From positions 1 through 59,539 of the IMG/VR virus record IMGVR_UViG_3300042431_000893: a stretch of DNA of 59,539 bases. One strand, 5' to 3'. This DNA comes from a virus. Lineage: Duplodnaviria; Caudoviricetes. The position numbers and the translations under genes were made by a program. Under the pieces are notes generated by a model, which worked only from the letters and a program-made list of their open reading frames with translations, was not told the DNA's origin and did not search any database. This document shows positions 48,248-57,205 of this stretch, piece by piece. How positions within the stretch are numbered: the first letter of the stretch is position 1; each line of letters begins with the position of its first letter.

Positions 48248-49011
48248 GAAGAACAGTCAGTTTAAAAGATATCAATAGTTTTAGCAAGCTGGATATGATT
48301 TATAATCAAATCAGAATTATTGAAGCAAAACAAAATCAAACAGAATTCAAATGTCTTGGCTCTGGTGAATGCTGCCGAGTTGGTTTAGTAATTCATATGG
48401 GAGAATGCGCGAACATTGCATTCAGGCTAAGGCAAGAATACTACTTGAAGCTTGAAGACAAAGGGCAGGAGTTTGCTGATAGCTGGATGAATGGAGTGGT
48501 TGAAGATTTGAAATTAGCCATGCATGATGAGACATGGCAAAACGGTGGGGAGACAGAAAGGCATTGTGCATTTTACAAAGGCGGTTGTACCGTTTATGGG
48601 TATCGGCCAATGGTGTGTCGTTCTTTTGGAACTATAACTCATGTTGATGATTTTTGTCCCAGAATTAGAAATTCAATGGGAAATATTGATTACTTTGCCG
48701 GTGATGGGGTAAAAAGAGTAATTCAACAATTTCAAGACTACCTGAAGGAATACTCTAGTGATAAAGATTCTGGGTATGACATGGTTGTGTATATGCCGTT
48801 AGGTGTCTTAAGTTTCCTACTGGAGAATAACGAATTGGTTGAATTACAAAAGACTACTCCTGCTCATTTCTGGCTGGCTGTTGATGGCTGGTTTAATTAC
48901 AGAGTGCAATACACAAAATTGCATGGATATTCAGATGAAGTTTTGCAGAAAGAAGCCGTTGCTGTTGGTTCAAGTATTAAATTTATTAAAAAAGAAGATC
49001 GTGTTGTGTGA
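48244..49011 (+). CDS. YkgJ/FliB-like cysteine-cluster protein
   Basis: CLGSGECC...CAFY..GCTVYGYRPMVCRSF. Confidence 0.75.
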   Translation: MRRTVSLKDINSFSKLDMIYNQIRIIEAKQNQTEFKCLGSGECCRVGLVIHMGECANIAFRLRQEYYLKLEDKGQEFADSWMNGVVEDLKLAMHDETWQNGGETERHCAFYKGGCTVYGYRPMVCRSFGTITHVDDFCPRIRNSMGNIDYFAGDGVKRVIQQFQDYLKEYSSDKDSGYDMVVYMPLGVLSFLLENNELVELQKTTPAHFWLAVDGWFNYRVQYTKLHGYSDEVLQKEAVAVGSSIKFIKKEDRVV

Positions 49012-49040
49012 TAAACTATATTATAGGTAATTTATAAATT

Positions 49041-49595
49041 ATGACCGATATAGAAAAATATGATGACCACCAAGAAAAAACATTAATTGATGTTTTAAAA
49101 GATGTTGAAGAAGTTGGCTTGCTGTATGTAAAGGGATACAACATGCACGAAATTGCTTCCTTGATGAGCAGCACTCCCGATAAGGTCAGAGATCAGATAG
49201 ATGAATATAAAAAGATTCTAAACCGGCAAGCAGATGAAGACCCTTATTTTTTAGAGAAAATTCAATTCAATACGATTAAAGCGTTAAATGAGTTTGACCA
49301 GTTAAGCAAAGAAGCCTGGGAAACAGTAAATATCGCTACCGATCATGGCATGATCCCTGCAAGAATTCAAGCAATTAAACTGGCCGGTGAGATTGCGACC
49401 AAAAAAGCTCAATTGCATAAGCTTATGGGAGCTACACAATCAGATGGGCAATTTATTGCCAGAATGCAAAAGGCAGAAAATGTAAACCAAATTTTGTCCA
49501 GAATTCTAAGAGATGTTATTTCTAAATATCCAAATATTGCCGAAGAGGTCAGAAAAGAATTGCAAATTGCTTTTGACATTATGAATGAGGGATAA
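49041..49595 (+). CDS. terS: Putative terminase small subunit
   Basis: N-terminal HTH plus helical body, upstream of the large subunit. Confidence 0.6.
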   Translation: MTDIEKYDDHQEKTLIDVLKDVEEVGLLYVKGYNMHEIASLMSSTPDKVRDQIDEYKKILNRQADEDPYFLEKIQFNTIKALNEFDQLSKEAWETVNIATDHGMIPARIQAIKLAGEIATKKAQLHKLMGATQSDGQFIARMQKAENVNQILSRILRDVISKYPNIAEEVRKELQIAFDIMNEG

Positions 49596-49596
49596 C

Positions 49597-49667
49597 GAAA
49601 TGAGTCCAGCAAAGTCTCTCATAAAGGTCGGTAATGAAATGAGTCCAGCATATGCTCTCATAAAGGT
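49597..49667 (+). repeat. Two 32-bp direct repeats with a 39-bp period
   Basis: GAAATGAGTCCAGCA-NNNN-CTCTCATAAAGGT at 49597 and 49636. Confidence 0.9.
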
Positions 49668-49749
49668 TCAAACAAGGCACTCAGAGATAGCCTCAGGCTT
49701 CTCCAAATCAATTCTAAGCACCTTAAACTATCATTTAGGTAATCTATGA
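49600..49749 (+). CDS. Possible 49-aa peptide between terS and terL
   Basis: MSPAKSLIKVGNEMSPAYALIKVQ...; GAGGG upstream; stop overlaps the terL start (ATGA). Confidence 0.35.
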   Translation: MSPAKSLIKVGNEMSPAYALIKVQTRHSEIASGFSKSILSTLNYHLGNL

Positions 49750-51476
49750 CAGATTATCTAAATTTAAATCTAGAGATTGATGATTTTGATAGATTATTGC
49801 GTTCAGATGATCTTATCGCAACTCCTGTGCCAATTCAAACATTTGTGCAAGAAAAAAGATATTTAGGTTTGCCCCCACTTTCACCTATTCAAGAAGAAAT
49901 TGTAAAACATAATACTCAGATATTTAAAGAAAAAACATTAATAGCTTTAATGGGTCAAGAAGCCGGCTCAAAGTATTATCATGAATATACAGTTAATGAA
50001 GTAATATGTATGCTTGGTAAAGGTAGTGGTAAAGATCATTGTAGTCGTATATCTATGGCTTATATAGTTTATTTGCTGCATTGCTTAAGAGATCCTTTAA
50101 ATTATTTTGGTAAAGCTCACGGTGTTTATATAGATTTGCTAAACCTTGCTGTAAACGCTCAACAAGCACAAAGAGTATTTTTTGAACCATTTAAAAACTT
50201 ATTATTAAACTCTCCTTATTTTAATGAAGTTGGATTTGAACCAAGAGTATCAGAAGTATTTTTCTTTTCTCGGCCTGTGAGATGTTTTTCTGGTCATTCT
50301 GAAAGTGAAGGCTGGGAAGGTTATGAAGTATTGACTGTTGTTTTGGATGAAATTGCAGCTTTTAAAACAGATGCGGAATTAAAAGGTGTAACTCGTTCTA
50401 AAGGTTCTGCATCTGCAATTTATAATATGAGTAAATTATCTGTTATGTCCCGGTTTCCAGAAGTAGGTAAAGTTATTCTTTTGTCATTCCCTAGATATAA
50501 GGGAGACTTTATTGAACAAAGATATTATGGGGCAAGGCAAAAGCAAGAACCAAAAACTTGGACAATTAAAGCGGCAACTTGGGAAGTTAATCCTACAATT
50601 AAAAGAGAGCAATTAGAATCAGAATATATTAGGAATCCAGTCGAGGCTGCTGCTCGTTTTGAATGTAATCCACCGAATATGGAAGATGCTTATTTTAGAG
50701 ATCCGGATTTGGTAAGAAAAGCATTTATGCTTGAAGATAATCCAATGGATGAAGAAGGACAATTTTTAAATTGGTTTAATGGAACAGATAATCAAGTAAG
50801 GTTTATTCATGTGGACTTGGCTCTTAAAAGAGATAGAGCGGCGCTTAGCCTTGTTCATTGTTTAGGGTTTAGAGAAGTCAAAACACTAAATGGCGTAGAA
50901 AGTCTTCCAATTATTAAAGTAGATTTAGTTCACGCTTGGGAAGCAAGTATAAATCAAGAAATTAATTTTGCATCAATCCGGCAAATGATCGTAGAATTGT
51001 GTAGAAAATTTGAGGTTGCTAAAGTTACTTTTGACAGATGGCAATCTATTGAAATGATTCAAAGCCTTAGGTCATTAGGTATCAATGCTGATTTTCATAG
51101 CGTTAAGAAAACAGATTACGATACTTTAATGACTGCGATTTATGATGGCCGGTTGCGCGGCTATTGGGATGAGTTATTAGTTGAAGAAGAATTATTAAAA
51201 TTAAGATTATTTTCTAATAATAGAATAGATCACCCAAATTCTGGGTCTAAAGATTTAGCTGACGCTGTAGCTGGCGCTGTGTTTGTATGTGTTGAAAATA
51301 TGGCTGTAAATGCTGAGGTTAGTATTGAGATTCTTTCACCGGATAAATATTACGAAATGGATGAAGAAATGCCTGAATACGGCACTGTACAGGTGTATAA
51401 TAGTGATCTTGGACAATTTGTTCCGGGTTATAATAAAACAAAGGAAGATACTGAAAAATGGCTGGATTCCCTATAG
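49746..51476 (+). CDS. terL: Terminase large subunit
   Basis: GKGSGKD Walker A, VVLDE Walker B, IHVDLA, TFDRWQS, DHP..GSKDLADA. Confidence 0.92.
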   Translation: MTDYLNLNLEIDDFDRLLRSDDLIATPVPIQTFVQEKRYLGLPPLSPIQEEIVKHNTQIFKEKTLIALMGQEAGSKYYHEYTVNEVICMLGKGSGKDHCSRISMAYIVYLLHCLRDPLNYFGKAHGVYIDLLNLAVNAQQAQRVFFEPFKNLLLNSPYFNEVGFEPRVSEVFFFSRPVRCFSGHSESEGWEGYEVLTVVLDEIAAFKTDAELKGVTRSKGSASAIYNMSKLSVMSRFPEVGKVILLSFPRYKGDFIEQRYYGARQKQEPKTWTIKAATWEVNPTIKREQLESEYIRNPVEAAARFECNPPNMEDAYFRDPDLVRKAFMLEDNPMDEEGQFLNWFNGTDNQVRFIHVDLALKRDRAALSLVHCLGFREVKTLNGVESLPIIKVDLVHAWEASINQEINFASIRQMIVELCRKFEVAKVTFDRWQSIEMIQSLRSLGINADFHSVKKTDYDTLMTAIYDGRLRGYWDELLVEEELLKLRLFSNNRIDHPNSGSKDLADAVAGAVFVCVENMAVNAEVSIEILSPDKYYEMDEEMPEYGTVQVYNSDLGQFVPGYNKTKEDTEKWLDSL

Positions 51477-51628
51477 AACAAGTTAAAATAACACATGAAG
51501 ATTTGGTAAATCAATTGGTAAAGCAATTGTCTACAATGACTCTTGAAATGTCTGTTGTTAGAGCAGAGAATGAAAAGTTAAGAAAATATGTTGGCGATTT
51601 ACTTGCTGCTCAGACAGTTAATGAATAA
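51458..51628 (+). CDS. Hypothetical 56-aa coiled-coil protein
   Basis: Below the ORF-track cutoff; MAGFPIEQVKITHEDLVNQL...RAENEKLRKY. Confidence 0.55.
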   Translation: MAGFPIEQVKITHEDLVNQLVKQLSTMTLEMSVVRAENEKLRKYVGDLLAAQTVNE

Positions 51629-51759
51629 AAGTAATTATTTTCTTATATAGAGGTTGTGAGTGCCTACTCTCGGCAGTAGCCTGACATTATTCAAATAGAT
51701 GAGCCTTGCTTAGATGTTTGAAACATAAAAACCAAAATAAACAAATAGGAGAAAGTAAA

Positions 51760-52086
51760 ATGACACTTAAAATTAACAAAGTAGATAGACTACCTGATAT
51801 TGCACGATCTGGGCGAACATCGCCTGAATTGGCAATGATTATTGAAACGCTAAATAATTCGGTAAAAAATAACCAAACTTTTAGCCTTGTAGGTATTAAG
51901 CCAGGTAATGCATTTAATTCAATGCAACAAAGAATTCGCGCTCAAGCTAAAAAATTGGGCTACAAAATTGTTATTAGATTTGATGCTGCCGAAGAGACTT
52001 TGTACTTTAAGGCAACTAAGAATAATGTATCCGTTTCGGCAAAAGAAACTCCTAATGTTTCTAGCAAGACAACAACTAAAAAATAA
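51760..52086 (+). CDS. Hypothetical basic protein, possibly DNA-binding
   Basis: AGGAGA RBS before ATG 51760; candidate promoter TTGTGA-17 nt-TAGCCT (51654-51682); followed by a terminator. Confidence 0.65.
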   Translation: MTLKINKVDRLPDIARSGRTSPELAMIIETLNNSVKNNQTFSLVGIKPGNAFNSMQQRIRAQAKKLGYKIVIRFDAAEETLYFKATKNNVSVSAKETPNVSSKTTTKK

Positions 52087-52098
52087 TTAATAATCTTT

Positions 52099-52137
52099 AA
52101 AAAGGCGTAGCGTTTTCACACGCTACGCCTTTTTTTT
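52099..52137 (+). terminator. Intrinsic, potentially bidirectional terminator
   Basis: AAAAAGGCGTAGCGT-TTTCAC-ACGCTACGCC-TTTTTTTT. Confidence 0.9.
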
Positions 52138-52153
52138 GTGTATACTGATATTT

Positions 52154-52981
52154 ATGATAAATATAGAAAAACAAAATATTGAAGTTGAAGCAAGTGATAT
52201 AAATAAATGGTGTCCAATGTTTGGGCTGCCTTGTTATGATCGGCAATTAACTGAACCATTTTTTATGTCTTTTATGAAAACAGTAATGTACAATAAAGAT
52301 ATTGGTTTAAAATTTGCTGTTAGCACAATCACCGATTCATTAATTAATCGTGCAAGAAATAACCTTGTTGCTAAATTTTTAGCTAATCCAAAGTTCACTC
52401 ATTTAATTTTTATTGATGTTGACTTAGAGTTTGAAGCTCAGGATATTTTAAAAATGCTATGGCACGACAAAGAAATTATTACCGGCAGCTATCCAATTAA
52501 AGAAATCAATTGGGAAAAAGTAGTTAAGATGTCTAAAGATGGCACTCTAGCAAAAGATTTGTTAAAAAAATCTACTAGGTTTGTTGTTAATCCAAGACCA
52601 AGCCCTGAAGGTAAAATAGAAGTACAAGATGGGGCTTTGTCTATTCATGATGCCGGAACTGGATTTATGTGTATTAAAAGAGAAGTGTTTGAAAAGATGA
52701 TTGAAGCTTACCCTGAGCTAAAGTTTAAAGACGATACGGGTTCTTTAAATGAAGAAGAAAAAAACTGGACATATGCTTTTTTTAATTCTTACATTGATGA
52801 TGATGGTAGGTTCTTATCTGAAGATTATGGTTTTGGTCGTTATTGGCAAAAGATTGGCGGCAAGATTTGGGTTGACCCAGGTATTAACATTAAGCATCTT
52901 GGCCGGCTTAGTTTTGAAGGTTCAATGATTGATCAACTTGTAGATATGTCTAAGGAAATGAGTGCAAAACAATTACCATAA
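52154..52981 (+). CDS. GT2-like (GT-A) glycosyltransferase
   Basis: PCY, DSLINRARN, FIDVD, GTGFMCIKREVF, SEDY, GGKIWVDP...H. Confidence 0.8.
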   Translation: MINIEKQNIEVEASDINKWCPMFGLPCYDRQLTEPFFMSFMKTVMYNKDIGLKFAVSTITDSLINRARNNLVAKFLANPKFTHLIFIDVDLEFEAQDILKMLWHDKEIITGSYPIKEINWEKVVKMSKDGTLAKDLLKKSTRFVVNPRPSPEGKIEVQDGALSIHDAGTGFMCIKREVFEKMIEAYPELKFKDDTGSLNEEEKNWTYAFFNSYIDDDGRFLSEDYGFGRYWQKIGGKIWVDPGINIKHLGRLSFEGSMIDQLVDMSKEMSAKQLP

Positions 52982-53451
52982 GAGACAAAATCTTGCCCCA
53001 TAAAGGTTGTCAAAAAAATGTATTAAAAATTAGCTAAAATATTGGCTAAAACACCACCCGTAATATTACACGATAGTAATATTACTATGCCGTAATATTA
53101 CATGATCCCCTGCGCGGCTAAAAAATTATATTAATCATTATATAATATATCAGCTCCGGGCTAACTTTGGGCCGGCCTAATAAATTAACTAATAAATTAT
53201 ATTCTCCGACACACGGCTTCGCCGCTATTTTCTGATCAAATCTCTGACCCAAAAGAAATATAAAAGAAATATATTCTCTGAGGTTTTTTTCTCACTAATT
53301 CCCCGATAGCATTTATCAGACAAATGACAACTATTTATTTGACTAATATATTTAGTTATAAGCAAAACTATACTTTTGCGTATAACTTCATAAATTGGTT
53401 TTATTTGTATATTGTTCAGGGTAATTATTCAGATAAAAAAAGGGGTAATGT
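52982..53451. other. Largest non-coding gap; repeat-rich; candidate genome end, packaging or origin region
   Basis: GTAATATTAC x3, GCTAAAA x3, AAAAGAAATAT x2, inverted repeat 53354-53387; base composition shifts downstream. Confidence 0.6.
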
Positions 53452-53850
53452 ATGAGTAACGAAATTGATCGTAGTTTAATTGGGTTATCCGTTAAAGGTA
53501 AAAATACTGATTTTGGTCAGATTACAGAATTAGTAGAAGTAAAGCACGACAATGAATTTGTTATTATTGCGATTATGTCTACAGGTAAAAATTTGTCTTT
53601 AGACAGTATTCGCAAATTATTTGTATCGCAAAAACTTACACTTAAGCGTGATGAAAAAGGTAATTGTATTCCTATTGTTTATCCTGACGGTTCGGCATTT
53701 TCTAAATATGCTGTTGGAACTAAAAGTAAACAAACTGCTTATCCTGTATGTGTTGCTAATATTAACAATACAGCAATAATTGGTGATGAGAAAATTAATA
53801 TTACTAAACTTGTTAATTCAAATGACCCTATCAAATACGAAAGGATATAA
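53452..53850 (+). CDS. Hypothetical protein
   Basis: 132-aa ORF with AGGGG RBS. Confidence 0.7.
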   Translation: MSNEIDRSLIGLSVKGKNTDFGQITELVEVKHDNEFVIIAIMSTGKNLSLDSIRKLFVSQKLTLKRDEKGNCIPIVYPDGSAFSKYAVGTKSKQTAYPVCVANINNTAIIGDEKINITKLVNSNDPIKYERI

Positions 53851-53852
53851 AT

Positions 53853-54302
53853 ATGAATAACCAAGATGATAACAATTTTGTTTTTGAAATTGTTGAAGAA
53901 GAGATTACAGAGCCTGTAAAAGTTAAGAGAAATAAAAAAACAGGTGTTGTACAAAATAATGATCAAGATTATGATTTGGTTATACCTGAAGTTATTGAAT
54001 TTGAAGAAGTTGATGAGTGTTTAATTCTTAATAATAAGAAAGCAAAACTTTATTTTGATAGCACAAATAATTATGCTAAAGATAGTAATCCAATTCGTTT
54101 TTATAATACAGAAGCAGATTGGGATTTACTTCGTGGTTTAGTTGTTATAAAGTGTATGCGAAAGAATAAGCGTAACCAAAAAATTGTTTTAGACGATATT
54201 GTTGAGTTTCGTCTATTGCCAAAAGATTGGGCTGAAGAATTGTGCGGCTATTTGTTTCGCAATAATATTAATTTTGTAGTTTACGATAACAATACGAGGT
54301 GA
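53853..54302 (+). CDS. Hypothetical protein
   Basis: 149-aa ORF with AAGGA RBS. Confidence 0.7.
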   Translation: MNNQDDNNFVFEIVEEEITEPVKVKRNKKTGVVQNNDQDYDLVIPEVIEFEEVDECLILNNKKAKLYFDSTNNYAKDSNPIRFYNTEADWDLLRGLVVIKCMRKNKRNQKIVLDDIVEFRLLPKDWAEELCGYLFRNNINFVVYDNNTR

Positions 54303-54308
54303 TTAAAA

Positions 54309-54494
54309 ATGGATAATTACACAAAACATTTGCTATTAAATGAACTTGATAAATTAGCAAGCACTATAAATATTCCAATAGCAAGAACAAAAGATCATAA
54401 TTGGATATTAAGAAATGTTTTAATCAATAATGAAAATAACAAAACAACACAAAAAATAATACAAATATGTCAATTACTTAAAAAGGAAGAATAA
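54309..54494 (+). CDS. Hypothetical protein
   Basis: 61 aa; GAGGTG RBS. Confidence 0.65.
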   Translation: MDNYTKHLLLNELDKLASTINIPIARTKDHNWILRNVLINNENNKTTQKIIQICQLLKKEE

Positions 54495-54728
54495 ATGGCT
54501 ATATGTGTTTATTGTTCATCTAACTATATAGATGAAAGATTAGAAGCCGGATATGATTATTGTTTAAGTGATAAATGCCAAAAAATTGGTGTTGATCTTC
54601 TACAAAGAGAATTCCGAAAAGAATACACCCCAGCATTATTACACAAATGTAATTATTTTTGGGTTAAGAAATCAGAATTAATGTCATTAAATGTTAGGGC
54701 AGATTTATTACAACAAAGGGAAAATTAA
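54495..54728 (+). CDS. Small zinc-finger protein
   Basis: CVYC....ERLEAGYDYC....C. Confidence 0.65.
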   Translation: MAICVYCSSNYIDERLEAGYDYCLSDKCQKIGVDLLQREFRKEYTPALLHKCNYFWVKKSELMSLNVRADLLQQREN

Positions 54729-54730
54729 AT

Positions 54731-54907
54731 ATGGATAAATATGTAAATGATCGTAATAATCACGAAAAAATTGAACCATTTGATTGGGCCTTGGATTTAG
54801 AAATGAATGAAGATTGGACTATTTGGGCAAATGAAATATCAACTGGGGCATTTCTAAAAGCAAAAGCTAATGTAATCAAAAAAAATAAAAAACAAAAAGG
54901 GGAGTAA
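54731..54907 (+). CDS. Hypothetical 58-aa protein
   Basis: Below the ORF-track cutoff; MDKYVNDRNNHEKIEPFDWALD...; TAATG overlap with the next gene. Confidence 0.55.
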   Translation: MDKYVNDRNNHEKIEPFDWALDLEMNEDWTIWANEISTGAFLKAKANVIKKNKKQKGE

Positions 54908-55179
54908 TGTTTAAAAATACTTTAATTGAAGGGTATGGTTTAGTAGTCGAGTATACAGAAAAAAATACTTTTAACAACAAAGCCGTTGAAGTTAGAGTAT
55001 ATGATTGTTTTAATTATGAAAGTGAAATTATTTGTTTTTATGCAACTATTTATAATTTAAAAAATCAAGAAAGAAAATCAAAATATTTTGATGATATGGG
55101 AGATGCTGAAAGATGGGCTTTTTCTGAATCTAAAAAAATAACTTCTAATCAAACACCACTATACAGTAAAGGAAAATAA
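54907..55179 (+). CDS. Hypothetical protein
   Basis: 90 aa; GGGGAG RBS. Confidence 0.65.
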   Translation: MFKNTLIEGYGLVVEYTEKNTFNNKAVEVRVYDCFNYESEIICFYATIYNLKNQERKSKYFDDMGDAERWAFSESKKITSNQTPLYSKGK

Positions 55180-55180
55180 A

Positions 55181-55927
55181 ATGGTTTACTCAGATTTTGA
55201 TTACAGTGAAAATATATTAAAATGTGCTAAAGATGGATTACAAAAACCAGAAGATTTTGGTTATTGGGGTTCTGAAGATATGTTTAAAACTTGGGGTTTT
55301 TGTGGAGTTGATAAAAATAGAGATTCTAATCTTCTTGAAATATCTAATTTTGAAGTTATTACAAAAGATTTGATGTCTAAATTTCCTCTTGATTTTAGAA
55401 TAGAAAATTATAGTCATTGGATGGTTGGTAATGTTGACAGATTAGTTTGTCGTATTCTAAAATACGAAATTCCATTTATTGATCAAGTAAAACAAGAAGA
55501 TATTACTGCTGCTTTTATATCAGCAATGGAATGGTTGGATCAATTAAGAGATTATCCAGTTGCTGATGAGGGTGATTATTCAGATAAAGAATATGAACAA
55601 TCAATTGCTGAGATTATAGAATGGGATAAAAATAACCCCGGAGTAATATATAAAGATAATCTTAATATAGAATATTGGGCAGATCGTATTTGTTATGAAT
55701 TAGGAAATGAAGGCTATTCGTATTCAGAAGATAGTTATTATCCTGATGAAGCTATTTATAAAGCTATTTATAAACTAGGTTTACAAAATGAAGAGCAGTA
55801 TGGCAAATGGGTTGAATTTTGTGAAAAAAATAATTTAGATATGCCGGCTTCTTTTGAAAATGAAATGTCTAAAAATAATCCAAATCAATTAAAACTATTT
55901 GAGGTTGAAGATGTTAATAGATATTAA
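55181..55927 (+). CDS. Hypothetical acidic protein
   Basis: 248-aa ORF with AAGGA RBS. Confidence 0.7.
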   Translation: MVYSDFDYSENILKCAKDGLQKPEDFGYWGSEDMFKTWGFCGVDKNRDSNLLEISNFEVITKDLMSKFPLDFRIENYSHWMVGNVDRLVCRILKYEIPFIDQVKQEDITAAFISAMEWLDQLRDYPVADEGDYSDKEYEQSIAEIIEWDKNNPGVIYKDNLNIEYWADRICYELGNEGYSYSEDSYYPDEAIYKAIYKLGLQNEEQYGKWVEFCEKNNLDMPASFENEMSKNNPNQLKLFEVEDVNRY

Positions 55928-56195
55928 ATCTGATGAATCATCATCGTTAAAACAAATTATTTACAATAGACCTATTCATCATATTACGGGACAACTAATT
56001 GTTGTATTTAAAAATAATGATGTTTACAAATATGAAAAAGTACATTTAAAAGATTTTTTACAATTAATAAGTAATACAGTTTCTATAGGTGCGCCTTTTA
56101 GTAATTGTATTAAAAATAAATATACAGGAATAAAAGTATACAAAAATAAAAATAACAAACAACAAGGAGAAAACAATGAAAACATTAACGGATAA
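55911..56195 (+). CDS. KTSC-domain-like protein
   Basis: SSSLKQIIY...LIVVFKNNDVYKY.KV...SIG..F...IK..Y; GAGGT RBS. Confidence 0.65.
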   Translation: MLIDIKSDESSSLKQIIYNRPIHHITGQLIVVFKNNDVYKYEKVHLKDFLQLISNTVSIGAPFSNCIKNKYTGIKVYKNKNNKQQGENNENING

Positions 56196-56646
56196 TCAAT
56201 TTAAAACTATCGTTCAAGAAATTCAAGATCAAATAGATTATGAATTTGATTCTAAATACGCAAAAGCATTTGGGGTTATGTTAAATGACAACTTAGATAT
56301 TCAATTTGAACCAATTAAAACTTGTGCTGATGTTTATGAATTGATCAATGATAGCCCAGAAGTATTTGCGGCTGTTAATGAATACGATTTGATTACAATA
56401 GCAACTTGTGGTTGGGCAGCACCTCTTAATAAAGATAATGATGAGAATAACGATATTGCTCCATCTCAGCACCCAGAACGAAGAAGAGTTCGTCTTTTAA
56501 CTACGGCTAATACTAATTCTCAATTTGGTAGTTCAATAGCGTTTAATGATAATCCTGATGAGCCAGTATTTGATTATGGTAATGCTAGAGGTGCTTTGGC
56601 AGATGCAGTTATGGAATTAATTAACACAGCAAAGAAAGAAGGATAA
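56176..56646 (+). CDS. Hypothetical protein
   Basis: 156 aa; AAGGAG RBS; GWAAP...PSQHPERRRVRL. Confidence 0.7.
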   Translation: MKTLTDNQFKTIVQEIQDQIDYEFDSKYAKAFGVMLNDNLDIQFEPIKTCADVYELINDSPEVFAAVNEYDLITIATCGWAAPLNKDNDENNDIAPSQHPERRRVRLLTTANTNSQFGSSIAFNDNPDEPVFDYGNARGALADAVMELINTAKKEG

Positions 56647-56650
56647 GACA

Positions 56651-57202
56651 ATGCCTAATGAATGTATGAATACATTATCAGTAATGGGTGAAAAAGAAAA
56701 TGTTGAGGAATTTGTTAAATTTGTAACTACAGGAATTGACAAAATTTCTTTATTTAATTCGTTAATACCTTTCCCTGAAGAATTAGATGATACAACTTCC
56801 CCAGTAAATCTTGCAGATAAAGGAAAAAACAAAGAATTAATTGAGAAATATGGATCAGATAATTGGTATGACTGGAGAGTGGATAATTGGGGAACTAAAT
56901 GGGGCGATTACGAATTAACTACAAGTGAAATTACTAAAGCATATAACGAAGAACAATGGTATATTAATTTTAATTATACTACTGCTTGGTCTCCGGGAGA
57001 AGATAAATTAGCAAATGCTATTTGCAAACATTTTCCTAAATTAAAAGCAATGATTCAATATGAAGAACCAGGTATGTGTTTTGCTGGAGAAACATTAGTA
57101 TTAAATGGAAAAATAGTAAGACAAGATAGTTGGGAATTAAACCAATTAAATGAAAGTATAACAGAAGTGTATTGGCCTCAATATGAACAAGAAAGTGAGT
57201 AA
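56651..57202 (+). CDS. DUF1281/YubB ferredoxin-like-fold protein
   Basis: MPNECMN...NWYDWRVDNWGTKW...TAWSP...YEEPGMCFAG. Confidence 0.8.
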   Translation: MPNECMNTLSVMGEKENVEEFVKFVTTGIDKISLFNSLIPFPEELDDTTSPVNLADKGKNKELIEKYGSDNWYDWRVDNWGTKWGDYELTTSEITKAYNEEQWYINFNYTTAWSPGEDKLANAICKHFPKLKAMIQYEEPGMCFAGETLVLNGKIVRQDSWELNQLNESITEVYWPQYEQESE

Positions 57203-57205
57203 TAT

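Noticed and set aside
49597-49667. Mini-CRISPR array
   Set aside because: Only two repeats with a 7-nt gap and no cas operon.
30780-51476. Inteins or introns in dnaB, dnaE, recA or terL
   Set aside because: Lengths are ordinary, frames are continuous and no splicing motifs are evident.
51629-51759. Riboswitch or ncRNA
   Set aside because: Only a short CTACT/AGTAG stem; better explained by a -35/-10 promoter and an A-rich leader.
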